Assembly (NCBI GenBank): GCA_944385965.1
Contig: CALWZG010000055.1
Coordinates: forward strand, 8,018-72,017
DNA: 64,000 nucleotides
Reading direction: 5' to 3'
Origin: an uncultured Anaerotruncus sp.
GTDB lineage: Bacteria; Bacillota; Clostridia; Oscillospirales; Ruminococcaceae
Shown: positions 1 through 8,831 of the stretch, piece by piece
Layout: each line of letters begins with the position of its first letter
How positions within the stretch are numbered: position 1 is the first letter of the stretch
The notes under the pieces: model-generated
Seen by the model: the letters and a program-made list of their open reading frames with translations, nothing else
What the model was told of the DNA's origin: nothing
Database searches by the model: none
Position numbers and translations under genes: made by a program

Positions 1-172
1 GCAGCACACAACCTTGCAGTTGAGGGCTTCGCTCCAAGGCAGACAGCCAATCCTGAGCCGCCCCACGGGTCATGGAAAAACGCTCCCTCAGCTCCACGCC
101 CGCTCTTTCATAATCAATCCCCACCATACGGATACACAATTCTTCCTCCAAGGTTCTGCCTCCATCCATCAT
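1..172 (-). CDS. hemA: glutamyl-tRNA reductase HemA, N-terminal fragment (gene runs off the left edge)
   Basis: Too short for the ORF track, so read by hand. The minus-strand frame opening 3 nt after the cbiG stop translates MMDGGRTLEEELCIRMVGIDYERAGVELRERFSMTRGAAQDWLSALERSPQLQGCVL. This fits the conserved HemA N-terminus (h-G-h-x-[HY]-x-x-A-x-h-E-h-RE-x-F-S). The start is ambiguous: ATG 172, or the in-frame TTG at 139, which has GGAGG 6 nt upstream. Confidence 0.5.
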   Translation of the reverse strand, partial: MMDGGRTLEEELCIRMVGIDYERAGVELRERFSMTRGAAQDWLSALERSPQLQGCVL

Positions 173-175
173 CGC

Positions 176-1180
176 TTAAAACCACAGGGACACAGGTCCA
201 GCGGCTGCTGCCGCTGTCACCCCATCTCCAGCTTGTTTTGGGAGCAAAAGGGCTCCCTGACAGGCGGCTGCCGCCGCTCGTTCACACACATTATCCACCC
301 CCACCGTTCTTCGTACAAAGTCCGACGAGGTAAACTGACCCAGCTGCTGCGCCAACTCCTGGGGAGAAAACAACCTCAAAGGCAGCCCATACCGCTGACA
401 AAACTCCAAGATACAGGGTTCCTCCCCTTTGTGAGAAATGGTAGCCACCTGCTCCACCCCTTCCAAAGGCAGGTTTGCCTGCCGCAGAAATTCCAGGATT
501 TTTCCCTGAAACTGTGAGAAGGAGATTCCCTTCCGACACCCTACCCCCAAAGCGATTTTTTTAGGAATCAAGTGCAGGGTCTGAGGAAAAGGGGTACCGA
601 GATAAAACCCGACTTGTATCCCCAGTTCTGTCAACTTCTCAGTGAAGCCTTGAGGCAGCGGTCCTTCCACCGGGAAATCCGAGCGGAATCCCACCGGTTC
701 CCCTGACAGGAGACGAGCGGAAACCTGTTTGGCCAGCTCCCGTTCTTTCATATACAGGCCTTGGGACTTGGCCCACAAGTCCACCGCAAATACCCCATTT
801 AAATCAGTTGCGGTGGAGATAGCCGCTTGTCCGCCAGCAATTTGGGCTACTCTGTTAGCCAACCGGTTGCCTCCCCCCATATGCCCAGACAGGAGAGGAA
901 TGGCGAAATGCCCTCCCTCGTCAATGGATACCACTGCCGGGTCGGCAAACTTGTCCTTCACCAAGGGGGCGATAGCCCGCACCGCGATACCACAGGCCCC
1001 CACAAAAATCAAGGCGTCCCCTTGGAACGCCTTGTCCGTCCATTCCCTCAGGGAAATCTTCGGGTTTCCGGGAATCCGGCGGCAGTCCAGCACCTGGTCC
1101 CCTTCCTGTTCCAGCCCCTGAGCGATTTTTACGGCCAGCCCCATGCCTCTGTCGGTGAAAGCAGCCAGCGAAATCCTCAT
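176..1180 (-). CDS. cbiG: cobalt-precorrin-5A hydrolase CbiG
   Basis: 334-aa ORF. The N-terminal LAAFTDRG...ALIFVGACGIAVRAIAPLV block and the C-terminal ATISHKGEEP.ILEF...VGVDNVCERAA block are CbiG-like. ATGA start/stop overlap with cbiF at 1177-1180. It sits in a cbiD-L-F-G run. Confidence 0.85.
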   Translation of the reverse strand: MRISLAAFTDRGMGLAVKIAQGLEQEGDQVLDCRRIPGNPKISLREWTDKAFQGDALIFVGACGIAVRAIAPLVKDKFADPAVVSIDEGGHFAIPLLSGHMGGGNRLANRVAQIAGGQAAISTATDLNGVFAVDLWAKSQGLYMKERELAKQVSARLLSGEPVGFRSDFPVEGPLPQGFTEKLTELGIQVGFYLGTPFPQTLHLIPKKIALGVGCRKGISFSQFQGKILEFLRQANLPLEGVEQVATISHKGEEPCILEFCQRYGLPLRLFSPQELAQQLGQFTSSDFVRRTVGVDNVCERAAAAACQGALLLPKQAGDGVTAAAAAGPVSLWF

Positions 1181-1944
1181 TGGGATGCCTCCCGAAATCC
1201 AGTGGTAAAAGTGGGGTCATACAGCTTGGAGCGGCTATAAGTATCCCCCAAATAATCTCCCACCAAAATCAAGGCGGTTTTGGTAATTCCATGCTCCTTG
1301 GCCACACTGGGCAGGGTCTCCAGAGGGGCCAACAACGTTTTTTCCTCCGGCCATGTGGCTTTATACACAATTGCGGCGGGGGTATCCTTTGGGTACCCTC
1401 CCGCCAGCAGCTCCTCTACCACCTGGGATACCATGCCCGCACTGAGGTAGATGGCCATAGAAGCTTGGTGAGCCGCCAGACTTCTTAACCGCTCCTTCTC
1501 TGGAACAGGGGTTCGCCCCTCCATTCGGGTGATAATCAGCGTCTGGGAGACATCCGGTAAGGTGTACTCCGCTCCGCCCAATCTGGCCAGAGAAGCTGCC
1601 GCCCCTGAAAATGCGCTGACTCCAGGGGTTACGTCGTAGGGAAGCTTCCATTGGTCCAGCTGGTCAATCTGTTCCCGGATGGCTCCATAAAGAGAGGGGT
1701 CGCCGGTATGCAGCCGCACCACAGTCTGGCCTTTTCCGCAAGCTTCCCTCATTACTTTCAGAACTTCCTCAAGGGTCATTTTAGCGCTGTTATAGATTTG
1801 GCAACCCTGCTTGACTCCCTCCAACAAGGCAGGATTCACCAGGGAACCAGCGTAGATGACCACATCCGCTTCCTCCAGCAGTCTTTTCCCTCGCAGAGTG
1901 ATTAAATCCGGCGCGCCGCAGCCCGCTCCTACAAAATGAATCAT
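1177..1944 (-). CDS. cbiF: cobalt-precorrin-4 C11-methyltransferase CbiF (CobM)
   Basis: 255 aa. MIHFVGAGCGAPDLITLRGKRLLEEADVVIYAGSLV is the class III tetrapyrrole methylase N-terminus typical of CbiF/CobM. Operon context supports the call. Confidence 0.88.
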   Translation of the reverse strand: MIHFVGAGCGAPDLITLRGKRLLEEADVVIYAGSLVNPALLEGVKQGCQIYNSAKMTLEEVLKVMREACGKGQTVVRLHTGDPSLYGAIREQIDQLDQWKLPYDVTPGVSAFSGAAASLARLGGAEYTLPDVSQTLIITRMEGRTPVPEKERLRSLAAHQASMAIYLSAGMVSQVVEELLAGGYPKDTPAAIVYKATWPEEKTLLAPLETLPSVAKEHGITKTALILVGDYLGDTYSRSKLYDPTFTTGFREASQ

Positions 1945-1956
1945 CCGGCTCCTCCT

Positions 1957-2649
1957 CTATCCCTTCACCACAATCAAGGCAAAATAACCTGTGTCCTCCC
2001 CTGCCTGCTCAATAGAAGGATAGACCTGCTCCCCTTCCATCCCGCATTTTTCCACCATCCAGGCTTTTTCGCTGAGGCCACGCGCTTTCAGAGCTTCTTT
2101 AATCCGGGGCAGGGCTTTGCCAGACTTCATCAGCACCTTAGTTCCAGGCAGATCCAGCCAATCCTCCGCCTCCTGGCAAGCGGCAGGCAGCAGATGCAAG
2201 GGGGTATCCCCATCCACCAATCCTTCTCCCACAAGAGCGGCGGCGGCACAAAAGGAGGGAACCCCTGCCACTACTTTGGTCTCAAAACCCAATTTTTCCA
2301 CCGCTTCCTTCAAATACTGGAAGGTGGAATAGACACTTGCGTCCCCCAAAGTCAAAAAAGCCACATCCAATCCCTGACGCAAGAAGTATGCCACAGCCTG
2401 GGCGCCCTGCTCCCAAGCCGCTTTCAGCTTCTCCTGGTCCCGGGTCATAGGCATAGTCAGCTCCAGGAACTCCTTTTCAAGCAGTTCCGGCACCGCCTGC
2501 CTGGCAATGGATAAGGCCACCGGTTCCCCTTGGCTGCCCGATTGAGGGACCGCAATCACTGGACATTCTTTCAGCAGCCTGACCGCCTTCAGGGTCATCA
2601 GCTCCGGGTCTCCCGGCCCCACACTTACACCGTAGAATACGCCTGTCAT
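1957..2649 (-). CDS. cbiL: cobalt-precorrin-2 C20-methyltransferase CbiL (CobI)
   Basis: The ORF track extends to 2874, but those first 75 codons lie inside cbiD. The internal ATG at 2647-2649 forms an ATGA overlap with the cbiD stop. It gives MTGVFYGVSVGPGDPELMTLKAVRLL..., a corrin methylase N-terminus (231 aa). Confidence 0.85.
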   Translation of the reverse strand: MTGVFYGVSVGPGDPELMTLKAVRLLKECPVIAVPQSGSQGEPVALSIARQAVPELLEKEFLELTMPMTRDQEKLKAAWEQGAQAVAYFLRQGLDVAFLTLGDASVYSTFQYLKEAVEKLGFETKVVAGVPSFCAAAALVGEGLVDGDTPLHLLPAACQEAEDWLDLPGTKVLMKSGKALPRIKEALKARGLSEKAWMVEKCGMEGEQVYPSIEQAGEDTGYFALIVVKG

Positions 2650-3779
2650 TTTGGTTCCTCCTCTATCACCTTTTGAAAAGTCTTTATCAATTCCTGGGCT
2701 TTTTGGTTCCTTGCCAACAGCCCTCTGGAATTTGAAAACAGCACCACTCCCAAAGGAATATGGTCCAAGCGTCCAGTCCCATAAAACTGAATCTTTTCCA
2801 GCAATCCTTCCAATACTGATGACAGCAGGCCCGCCTCGTCCAGCAAGTCTAGAGCTTGGTCGGTGGTAATACACCCCATCAGGTTCCGGGCCAGGTCTTT
2901 GCTCCCCCCCGCCAAAGCGGCGTGAGCGGTGAGGATTTCCATTCGGGCATCCGCCACCCTTGAATGGGTTTGATAAATTCCCCCCGCCAGCTTCACCAGC
3001 TTTCCAATGTGCCCCACCAGAAGAACACCGGAAAAGCCCAATCTGACGGTGTGGTCAAAAGCCTCTCCCAAAAAATTCCCGTAAAGCACCGAACGTCTGG
3101 TGTCCAATCCCAGGACCTTTTGGCAGAAAGTTTCCCCATAGTTTCCTGGGGTCAGAAGTACCGGTCCGTCTCCCTGGGCCCGCAGCAGCTCCAACTCCAC
3201 CCGGATGGTGTCTATCAGGGCGGTCTGGCTCATAGGCTCCACAATGCCAGTGGTCCCCAATATGGAAATTCCGCCTTGAATGCCCAAGCGGGGATTATAG
3301 GTTTTGGATGCCAGCTCCACCCCCGCTGGAACAGAGATAGTCACCCGCACCTTAGCAGGGCTGCCCAAGACCTCCTCTACCGCCTGCTGAATCATCTGAC
3401 GGGGAACCCGGTTGATAGCGGGCGCTCCTACCGGCTGTTCCAGGCCGGGAAGTGTAATGCGTCCCACACCTGCCCCACCTTCCAGAGAGAACCCTTCCTG
3501 ACAAGGTTCGATTTTGGCATACACCAAGATTCCATGGGTGGCGTCCTGGTCATCCCCCCCATCCTTGCGGACAGCGCAGCATGTCCAGTTTTGGCCTTTT
3601 GAGGGGTCTTCTATCTTCAGTTCCAACTCAATGCCCTTTGGAACCTGTAAGGAAACCCTTTCCAGGCAGGCTCCGGTTTTCCAAAAGATGGCCGCCGCTT
3701 TTGCAGCGGCGGCGGCACAGGTTCCTGTGGTGAATCCACAGCGCAGCCGTTTTCCATTGGCGTAAACATACCGCTCCAT
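2646..3779 (-). CDS. cbiD: cobalt-precorrin-5B (C1)-methyltransferase CbiD
   Basis: MERYVYANGKRLRCGFTTGTCAAAAAKAAA... is the conserved CbiD N-terminus. The GGGGGA Shine-Dalgarno abuts ATG 3785 and is 6 nt from ATG 3779, so 3779 is favoured. Confidence 0.9.
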   Translation of the reverse strand: MERYVYANGKRLRCGFTTGTCAAAAAKAAAIFWKTGACLERVSLQVPKGIELELKIEDPSKGQNWTCCAVRKDGGDDQDATHGILVYAKIEPCQEGFSLEGGAGVGRITLPGLEQPVGAPAINRVPRQMIQQAVEEVLGSPAKVRVTISVPAGVELASKTYNPRLGIQGGISILGTTGIVEPMSQTALIDTIRVELELLRAQGDGPVLLTPGNYGETFCQKVLGLDTRRSVLYGNFLGEAFDHTVRLGFSGVLLVGHIGKLVKLAGGIYQTHSRVADARMEILTAHAALAGGSKDLARNLMGCITTDQALDLLDEAGLLSSVLEGLLEKIQFYGTGRLDHIPLGVVLFSNSRGLLARNQKAQELIKTFQKVIEEEPK

Positions 3780-3810
3780 AACCATCCCCCTGGGGTCTCA
3801 TATCTGTTCA

Positions 3811-3839
3811 ATTTTAAAGGAATCCTGTAAAAAAGTCAA
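3811..3839 (-). promoter_or_regulatory. sigma-A type promoter of the cbiD-cbiL-cbiF-cbiG operon
   Basis: The minus strand reads TTGACT - 17 nt - TAAAAT (plus-strand agtcaa 3834-3839, atttta 3811-3816). It lies about 25-30 nt upstream of the cbiD start. Confidence 0.7.
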
Positions 3840-4038
3840 GAAACTTCCACCTGTTGTCCTCTCACTCTACAACCGTCCCTATTCTGTTTCGCAGGTTACA
3901 ATGAGAGAACATAAAGTAAGTATTAAATAACTTGCGTATTTTTATCTCCTTTTTCCACAATAAAGTCATGCTTAAATATATAATCAATCTCTTTGTCTTT
4001 TATTATATGACACAGAAAAAGGAATTTTTTGCAAAATC

Positions 4039-4067
4039 TTGAAAATTTTGTTCTAATGTTTTAAAAT
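4039..4067 (+). promoter_or_regulatory. near-consensus sigma-A promoter in the AT-rich spacer (distal prs promoter or small-RNA promoter)
   Basis: TTGAAA (4039-4044) - 17 nt - TAAAAT (4062-4067). It is about 265 nt upstream of prs. A weak A/T-only hairpin plus T-run follows at 4089-4130. Confidence 0.5.
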
Positions 4068-4184
4068 ATAGTAGAAATCATCCGAAAAATAAGAAATTCA
4101 TCTTCCACTGCGAGGTTTCTTCTTATTTTTGCTATTCACACAAAGTTATCTCTGTTTTTTTTACACTTTTCTACAAAAAAAGTA

Positions 4185-4214
4185 TTGTGCGTACCCTGTC
4201 GAATCCTGTATAAT
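4185..4214 (+). promoter_or_regulatory. proximal promoter of prs with extended -10
   Basis: TTGTGC (4185-4190) - 18 nt - TGTATAAT (TATAAT 4209-4214, preceded by TG). It predicts a leader of about 110 nt. Confidence 0.6.
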
Positions 4215-4255
4215 AAATTATTGACAACAGAATTCCCGATGTTTCCAAGCAGTTC

Positions 4256-4299
4256 GGAGCAATCTTTCCGGTGATCAGCGCCCGGAAGGCAATGGCTCC
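4256..4299 (+). promoter_or_regulatory. structured element in the prs 5' leader (unclassified)
   Basis: Nested hairpin GGAGC-AAT-CTTTCCGG-TGATCAGCGC-CCGGAAGG-CAATG-GCTCC, with a 5-bp outer stem and an 8-bp inner stem including one G-T. It matches no riboswitch consensus that I can recall. Confidence 0.35.
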
Positions 4300-4332
4300 A
4301 CCAAGATCAACGCTGAAGAAAGAGGCTATTTC

Positions 4333-5472
4333 ATGGGTCATATCGAAACACAGGATATCTTCAACATGTCTAAGGTGGCTCCTTTGGGACTTATTGTTTC
4401 TGAAGGTGCCAAGGAACTGGGAGAAAAAATCAATTCCTACTTAGTGGAATGGGCCAAAAACAGCCCTAACGCCAAGGACACCTTTATTGTGGAAAGTGAG
4501 TGTCCTCGCTTTTCCTCTGGTGATGGAAAAGGAATCATCAAATCCACCGTCCGTGGGGACGACCTGTTCTTCATTGTGGATATGGGAAATTACAGCTGCA
4601 CCTACAATATTTTCGGCAAGCAGAACTATATGTCCCCTGATGACCATTTTCAGGATCTGAAGCGTTTGATTCAGGCCGCCAGCGGTAAAGCCCACCGTAT
4701 CTCTGTCATCATGCCTATCCTTTTTGGCAGCCGGCAGCACAAGCGCAGCTATCGTGAAAGTTTGGATTGTGCCTTCGCGCTTCAGGAATTACAGCATATG
4801 GGCGTAGTAAACATCGTTACCTTCGACGCCCACGATCCCAGAGTACAGAACGCTGTTCCCTTGATGGGATTTGACAACGTAATCCCCGCTTATCAGGTAT
4901 TAAAGGCTTTGTTCCGTTCTGTCAAGGATCTGCGCATTGACCGGGATCATTTCATGGTAGTCAGTCCGGACGAAGGGGCCATGAGCCGGAATATGTATTA
5001 CGCCTCTGTTCTGGAGGTGGATTTGGGAATGTTCTATAAGCGTCGGGATTATTCCCGTATTGTTAATGGCCGCAATCCCATCGTAGCCCATGAATATTTG
5101 GGAACTTCCGTAGAGGGCAAGGATATTTTCATCGCCGATGACATCATTTCTTCCGGTGAATCTATGCTGGATATCGCTTACGAACTGAAAAAACAAAAAG
5201 CAGGCCGTATTTTCGCCTACTCCACCTATGCGATCTTTACCAACGGTTTGGAGGAGTTTGATCGGGCGTATGAAAAAGGCATTATTGATGGTGTGCTGGG
5301 TACCAACCTGACCTATCGGACTCCAGAACTCTGCTCCAGAGAGTGGTTCCATGAGGTGGATGTCTCCAAGTATATCGCTTACTTTATCGCCGCGCTCAAC
5401 CATGATATTTCTGTAAGCAGCATCATCGACCCTCATGAAAAAATTAAGCAGCTTCTTTCTAACTCTAAATAA
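4333..5472 (+). CDS. prs: ribose-phosphate pyrophosphokinase (long, ~380-aa form)
   Basis: 379 aa. Motifs: RISVIMPILFGSRQHKR (Prs flexible-loop region), VVNIVTFDAHDPRVQNA, and the PRPP-binding loop IFIADDIISSGESMLD. AAGAGG lies 9 nt upstream of the ATG. Confidence 0.8.
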   Translation: MGHIETQDIFNMSKVAPLGLIVSEGAKELGEKINSYLVEWAKNSPNAKDTFIVESECPRFSSGDGKGIIKSTVRGDDLFFIVDMGNYSCTYNIFGKQNYMSPDDHFQDLKRLIQAASGKAHRISVIMPILFGSRQHKRSYRESLDCAFALQELQHMGVVNIVTFDAHDPRVQNAVPLMGFDNVIPAYQVLKALFRSVKDLRIDRDHFMVVSPDEGAMSRNMYYASVLEVDLGMFYKRRDYSRIVNGRNPIVAHEYLGTSVEGKDIFIADDIISSGESMLDIAYELKKQKAGRIFAYSTYAIFTNGLEEFDRAYEKGIIDGVLGTNLTYRTPELCSREWFHEVDVSKYIAYFIAALNHDISVSSIIDPHEKIKQLLSNSK

Positions 5473-5517
5473 AAAAGAACAGGCCATTTTATGGCACTGG
5501 GTCACAATATGAAGAAA

Positions 5518-5556
5518 GGCCTCCAACAATTCTACGTTGGAGGCCTGTTTCTTTTC
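5518..5556. terminator. bidirectional rho-independent terminator between prs and degV
   Basis: GGCCTCCAAC-AATTCTAC-GTTGGAGGCC is a perfect 10-bp stem. A GAAGAAA run precedes it and TGTTTCTTTTC follows it. Confidence 0.9.
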
Positions 5557-5574
5557 AATTATTTGGATGCATTT

Positions 5575-6438
5575 TTATCTATGGGTGCCATAGAAGAACA
5601 GCGCTACGGTCCCAGGACCTGAATGGGCACCAATGGTTGGTCCCACAAAAGCGATGGTGTGTTCCTGAATACCGAACCGACGACATACCTCCTCAGCGAC
5701 CCACTGAGCGTCTTCTAAGCAGTCCCCATGGCTGATGGCGAAGCGCTGGGGTTTTTCCCCCTCCATTCGCTGCTCCATGCCATCCACCAAAGCTTTCAAA
5801 GCTGCCTTACGGCCTCTGGTTTTGCCAATTGGAATCAGTTTTCCCTGATTGTCCACATGAAGGATTGGTTTAATTTGCAGCATGGACCCAACCACCGCTG
5901 CTGCCGCCGATACCCGTCCACCCCGATGCAGATGAAACAGATCATTCACAGTGAACAGATGAACCAGATGCGGCAAATCCTCTTGAATACGGTCCCCATT
6001 TTCCTGGAGGGAAAGCCCTTGGGCCTGATACTCTGCTGCGTAAGTCACCAAAAGCCCCTGACCAGCGGAAGCCGCCAATGTATCCACCACTCGAGCCTGT
6101 CTTTGAGGGAACTCCTCTAACAGTTCCTCTACCGCCAGACGCACACTATTGTAGGTTCCAGAAAGGGCTGAGGAGAAAAGCAGGCACAGCAAGTCTTTTC
6201 CCTCCTCCAGAATGGGTCTGAGGCGGGACTTGGCTTCCTCTACATTGACTTGAGCGGTAATGGGCATCTGCCCTTCCCGCATCATCTGATAAAAAGCATG
6301 GGGACTTAAATCGGGATCATTGGCGTAATGGGTCTGTCCCTTGATGGTATAGGTCAGCTCCAACTCCACCACCCCATGCTCTTGGGCAAAACCTGGAACC
6401 AAATCCGCATTAGAATCGGTTACAATCTGATAGGCCAT
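5575..6438 (-). CDS. DegV family fatty-acid-binding protein
   Basis: MAYQIVTDSNADL... start with GGAGGAATCGCC directly upstream. DegV hallmarks are FSSALSGTYNS and IGAHSGPGTVALFF. Confidence 0.88.
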   Translation of the reverse strand: MAYQIVTDSNADLVPGFAQEHGVVELELTYTIKGQTHYANDPDLSPHAFYQMMREGQMPITAQVNVEEAKSRLRPILEEGKDLLCLLFSSALSGTYNSVRLAVEELLEEFPQRQARVVDTLAASAGQGLLVTYAAEYQAQGLSLQENGDRIQEDLPHLVHLFTVNDLFHLHRGGRVSAAAAVVGSMLQIKPILHVDNQGKLIPIGKTRGRKAALKALVDGMEQRMEGEKPQRFAISHGDCLEDAQWVAEEVCRRFGIQEHTIAFVGPTIGAHSGPGTVALFFYGTHR

Positions 6439-6619
6439 GGCGATTCCTCCATTAAACACACATCAAATTCATCCTGAAAGTTCATCAAAATCATTTTATA
6501 GGTTACAGCTATTATACACCTTTTCCCGTTTTGGAGCAAGGCCAGCCCTCTCATCTTGCCCTTTCAGGACAAATTTGATACAATCCTTTTAACAGTGAAG
6601 TGAAAAGGGGCTGGATTTC

Positions 6620-7723
6620 ATGGTTCAGGAACGGTTATTGCGTCGATTTTTAGAGTACGTGTCTATTGACAGTGAAACTTTGTGTGAAGAAGCCTTTATG
6701 CGGCGGCTTATCCAGGAACTGGATGGTATGGGTATCCCCTGGTGGACCGATCAGGCTGGTAAAACTTTGGGGTCCAACGCCAACAACCTCTACGCCTGGC
6801 TGGAAGGGGATGCTTCGGCTGAACCCATCCTCCTCAGCGGACATATGGACACGGTTCGCCCCGGCAAAGGAATCCGGCCTCAAATCCAGAATGGGGTACT
6901 GCAAAGTCAGGGGGATACCATCTTAGGCGGGGATGATAAGGCGGGTGTAGCGGCCATTATGGAGGCTCTCCATACAGTGGTGGAAAATAGGCTGGCCCAT
7001 CGTCCTGTCCAGATTGTGTTTTCCATCTATGAGGAAGGTGGTGTCCGAGGCGCCTCCAAACTTGAATTTCATCGGCTGAAAGCCCATCAGGCGGTGGTGT
7101 TTGACTGCGAGGGCGATGTGGGAAAAATTGTTGTGTCCGCTCCCGGACAGACCAAATTATACGCTGATGTGTTTGGGAAAAGTGCTCACGCGGGATTCTG
7201 CCCTGAGCAGGGAATCAGCGCCATTTCTGCGGCAGCTCTGGGAATTTCCAGGATGCGTCTGCTGCGGATTGATTCGGAGACTACCGCCAATATAGGCACC
7301 TTTTCCGCCTGTTACGCTACCAACATTGTTCCCCAGCAAGCCCATATTGAGGCGGAAGCCCGCAGCCACAGCCTGGAAAAATTGGAAGGCCAGATACAGC
7401 ATATGGTGGATTGTCTAAAGGGGGCTTGCCAGGAAACCGGCGCCACATTGAAGTATATGGTGGAACCTACCTATCAGCCTTATCATCTCCCAAAGGAACA
7501 TCCTTTGGTCACTCTGGTCTCCGGTGGGATTTCCCGTTTGGGAATTTCCCCACAGATTATCTCTACCGGCGGCGGCAGCGATGCCAACCATTTCAATGCG
7601 CATGGTATCCCCGCTGTGGTGGTTAGCACGGGGATGGAACAGGTCCATACCACCCATGAGCGATTGACTCTTGAAAATCTTTTTCGTTGTGGTAAATTGG
7701 CTTTGGAACTGATTCAGCTATGA
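6620..7723 (+). CDS. M20/M25/M40 family metallopeptidase (tripeptidase/PepT-like)
   Basis: 367 aa. SGHMDTV and LGGDDKAGVAA metal-ligand motifs, YEEGG, and a C-terminal HTTHERL. Confidence 0.85.
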   Translation: MVQERLLRRFLEYVSIDSETLCEEAFMRRLIQELDGMGIPWWTDQAGKTLGSNANNLYAWLEGDASAEPILLSGHMDTVRPGKGIRPQIQNGVLQSQGDTILGGDDKAGVAAIMEALHTVVENRLAHRPVQIVFSIYEEGGVRGASKLEFHRLKAHQAVVFDCEGDVGKIVVSAPGQTKLYADVFGKSAHAGFCPEQGISAISAAALGISRMRLLRIDSETTANIGTFSACYATNIVPQQAHIEAEARSHSLEKLEGQIQHMVDCLKGACQETGATLKYMVEPTYQPYHLPKEHPLVTLVSGGISRLGISPQIISTGGGSDANHFNAHGIPAVVVSTGMEQVHTTHERLTLENLFRCGKLALELIQL

Positions 7724-7762
7724 TGACCACCCTTTTGGTATCTCCTTGCTGATATAATTGAA

Positions 7763-7805
7763 CAGGCACAGGATATTGGAGATAGGTCCAAATAGCCTGT
7801 GCCTG
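7763..7805. terminator. hairpin between the convergent M20 peptidase and EamA genes (no clear U-tract)
   Basis: CAGGCACAGG ... CCTGTGCCTG is a 10-bp stem. An inner TTGGA/TCCAA pairing extends it. Flanks are not T-rich. Confidence 0.4.
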
Positions 7806-7839
7806 ATGAGCATTGATGTCATTCAGTTGTATGCAGATT

Positions 7840-8730
7840 CTACATTCTGGGCTTACGAATACGCTCCCCAAATAACGCTACGCCAATTCCCATCAATACC
7901 AATAAGGTCCCCAACACCAGAGTAAGGCTTAATTTCTCATTCAGGAAAATCACCGCTATGAAGCTGGCGAACACCGGCTTGAGGAAAAAGACCAAAGAGC
8001 CTTTGCTGGCTCCTGCCTGGGCCAGCCCAAGAAAATAGGTTAAATAGGCGATTCCAGTGACAAAAATAGCCAGATACAGGATTTTGGGGAGAATCTCCAA
8101 ATCAAAGGTAATCACTGGTATTTTAGCAATGAGTAAGAATGGCACCATCACTAAACTGCCGAACAAAAAGGAATATGCGTTCATCCGCATGCTTCCCACC
8201 TGGGCCACAATTTTGCGTCCCAATACCGAATATAACCCAAATCCAATAGCGGCCAGAAGCACCAAAAGCGGACTGAGCCAAGCGGAAGCCCCCACCGAAA
8301 ATTTATCTAAAAATACCACAGAAATTCCAATTACCCCTATGGCCAACCCTACTACTTTACTGACAGAGATACGCTCTTTTTCTATAAGGGCAGCGAACAG
8401 GTTTACAAAAATGGGATTGCTGGAAAAGATAACCGCTCCAACCGCAGCGGAAGCTCCTGGCAGAGCCAAAGCATACTGCATCAGATTGAACACGATGGCG
8501 GTATTCATGGTTCCCAGGAGCAGAAGCTGAAGGGCTTGCTTTTTTGTAATGGCCGCCTGTCCACGTATCAGTAAAATCACCAGCAACACCAACCCGCCTA
8601 AGAAAAAGCGGACAAAGTTTAGCTGGAAGGGGCTGATTTGAGCGGCAATGGTTTTGCTGACCACTTCATAGGTACTGAACAGTAAAATGGTAATCAGCAG
8701 ATACACATACCCTAAATTCCATTTTTTCAT
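7840..8730 (-). CDS. EamA/DMT family transporter
   Basis: 296 aa and about 10 hydrophobic spans arranged as two EamA-like halves. AAGGAGG RBS. Confidence 0.85.
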   Translation of the reverse strand: MKKWNLGYVYLLITILLFSTYEVVSKTIAAQISPFQLNFVRFFLGGLVLLVILLIRGQAAITKKQALQLLLLGTMNTAIVFNLMQYALALPGASAAVGAVIFSSNPIFVNLFAALIEKERISVSKVVGLAIGVIGISVVFLDKFSVGASAWLSPLLVLLAAIGFGLYSVLGRKIVAQVGSMRMNAYSFLFGSLVMVPFLLIAKIPVITFDLEILPKILYLAIFVTGIAYLTYFLGLAQAGASKGSLVFFLKPVFASFIAVIFLNEKLSLTLVLGTLLVLMGIGVALFGERIRKPRM

Positions 8731-8831
8731 GTAGATGCCTCCTTAAAAATCAACCTTGTTTTGCGCAAGAAAGTGCTTTATAATAAATTTAAAATTTCCT
8801 TATATTTTGCCTGCGAAAGGAGAAGTTGCAT

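Noticed and set aside
2650-2874. A 75-codon N-terminal extension of the cbiL ORF.
   Set aside because: It lies entirely inside cbiD in another frame. The methylase motif begins right after the internal ATG that overlaps the cbiD stop.
3786-3960. A possible cobalamin riboswitch upstream of cbiD (AATAGGGA... and GGACAACAGGTGGAAG looked faintly B12-like).
   Set aside because: The B12 box and the GCCACTG core are absent. The segment also lies upstream of the readable -35/-10 promoter, not in the leader.
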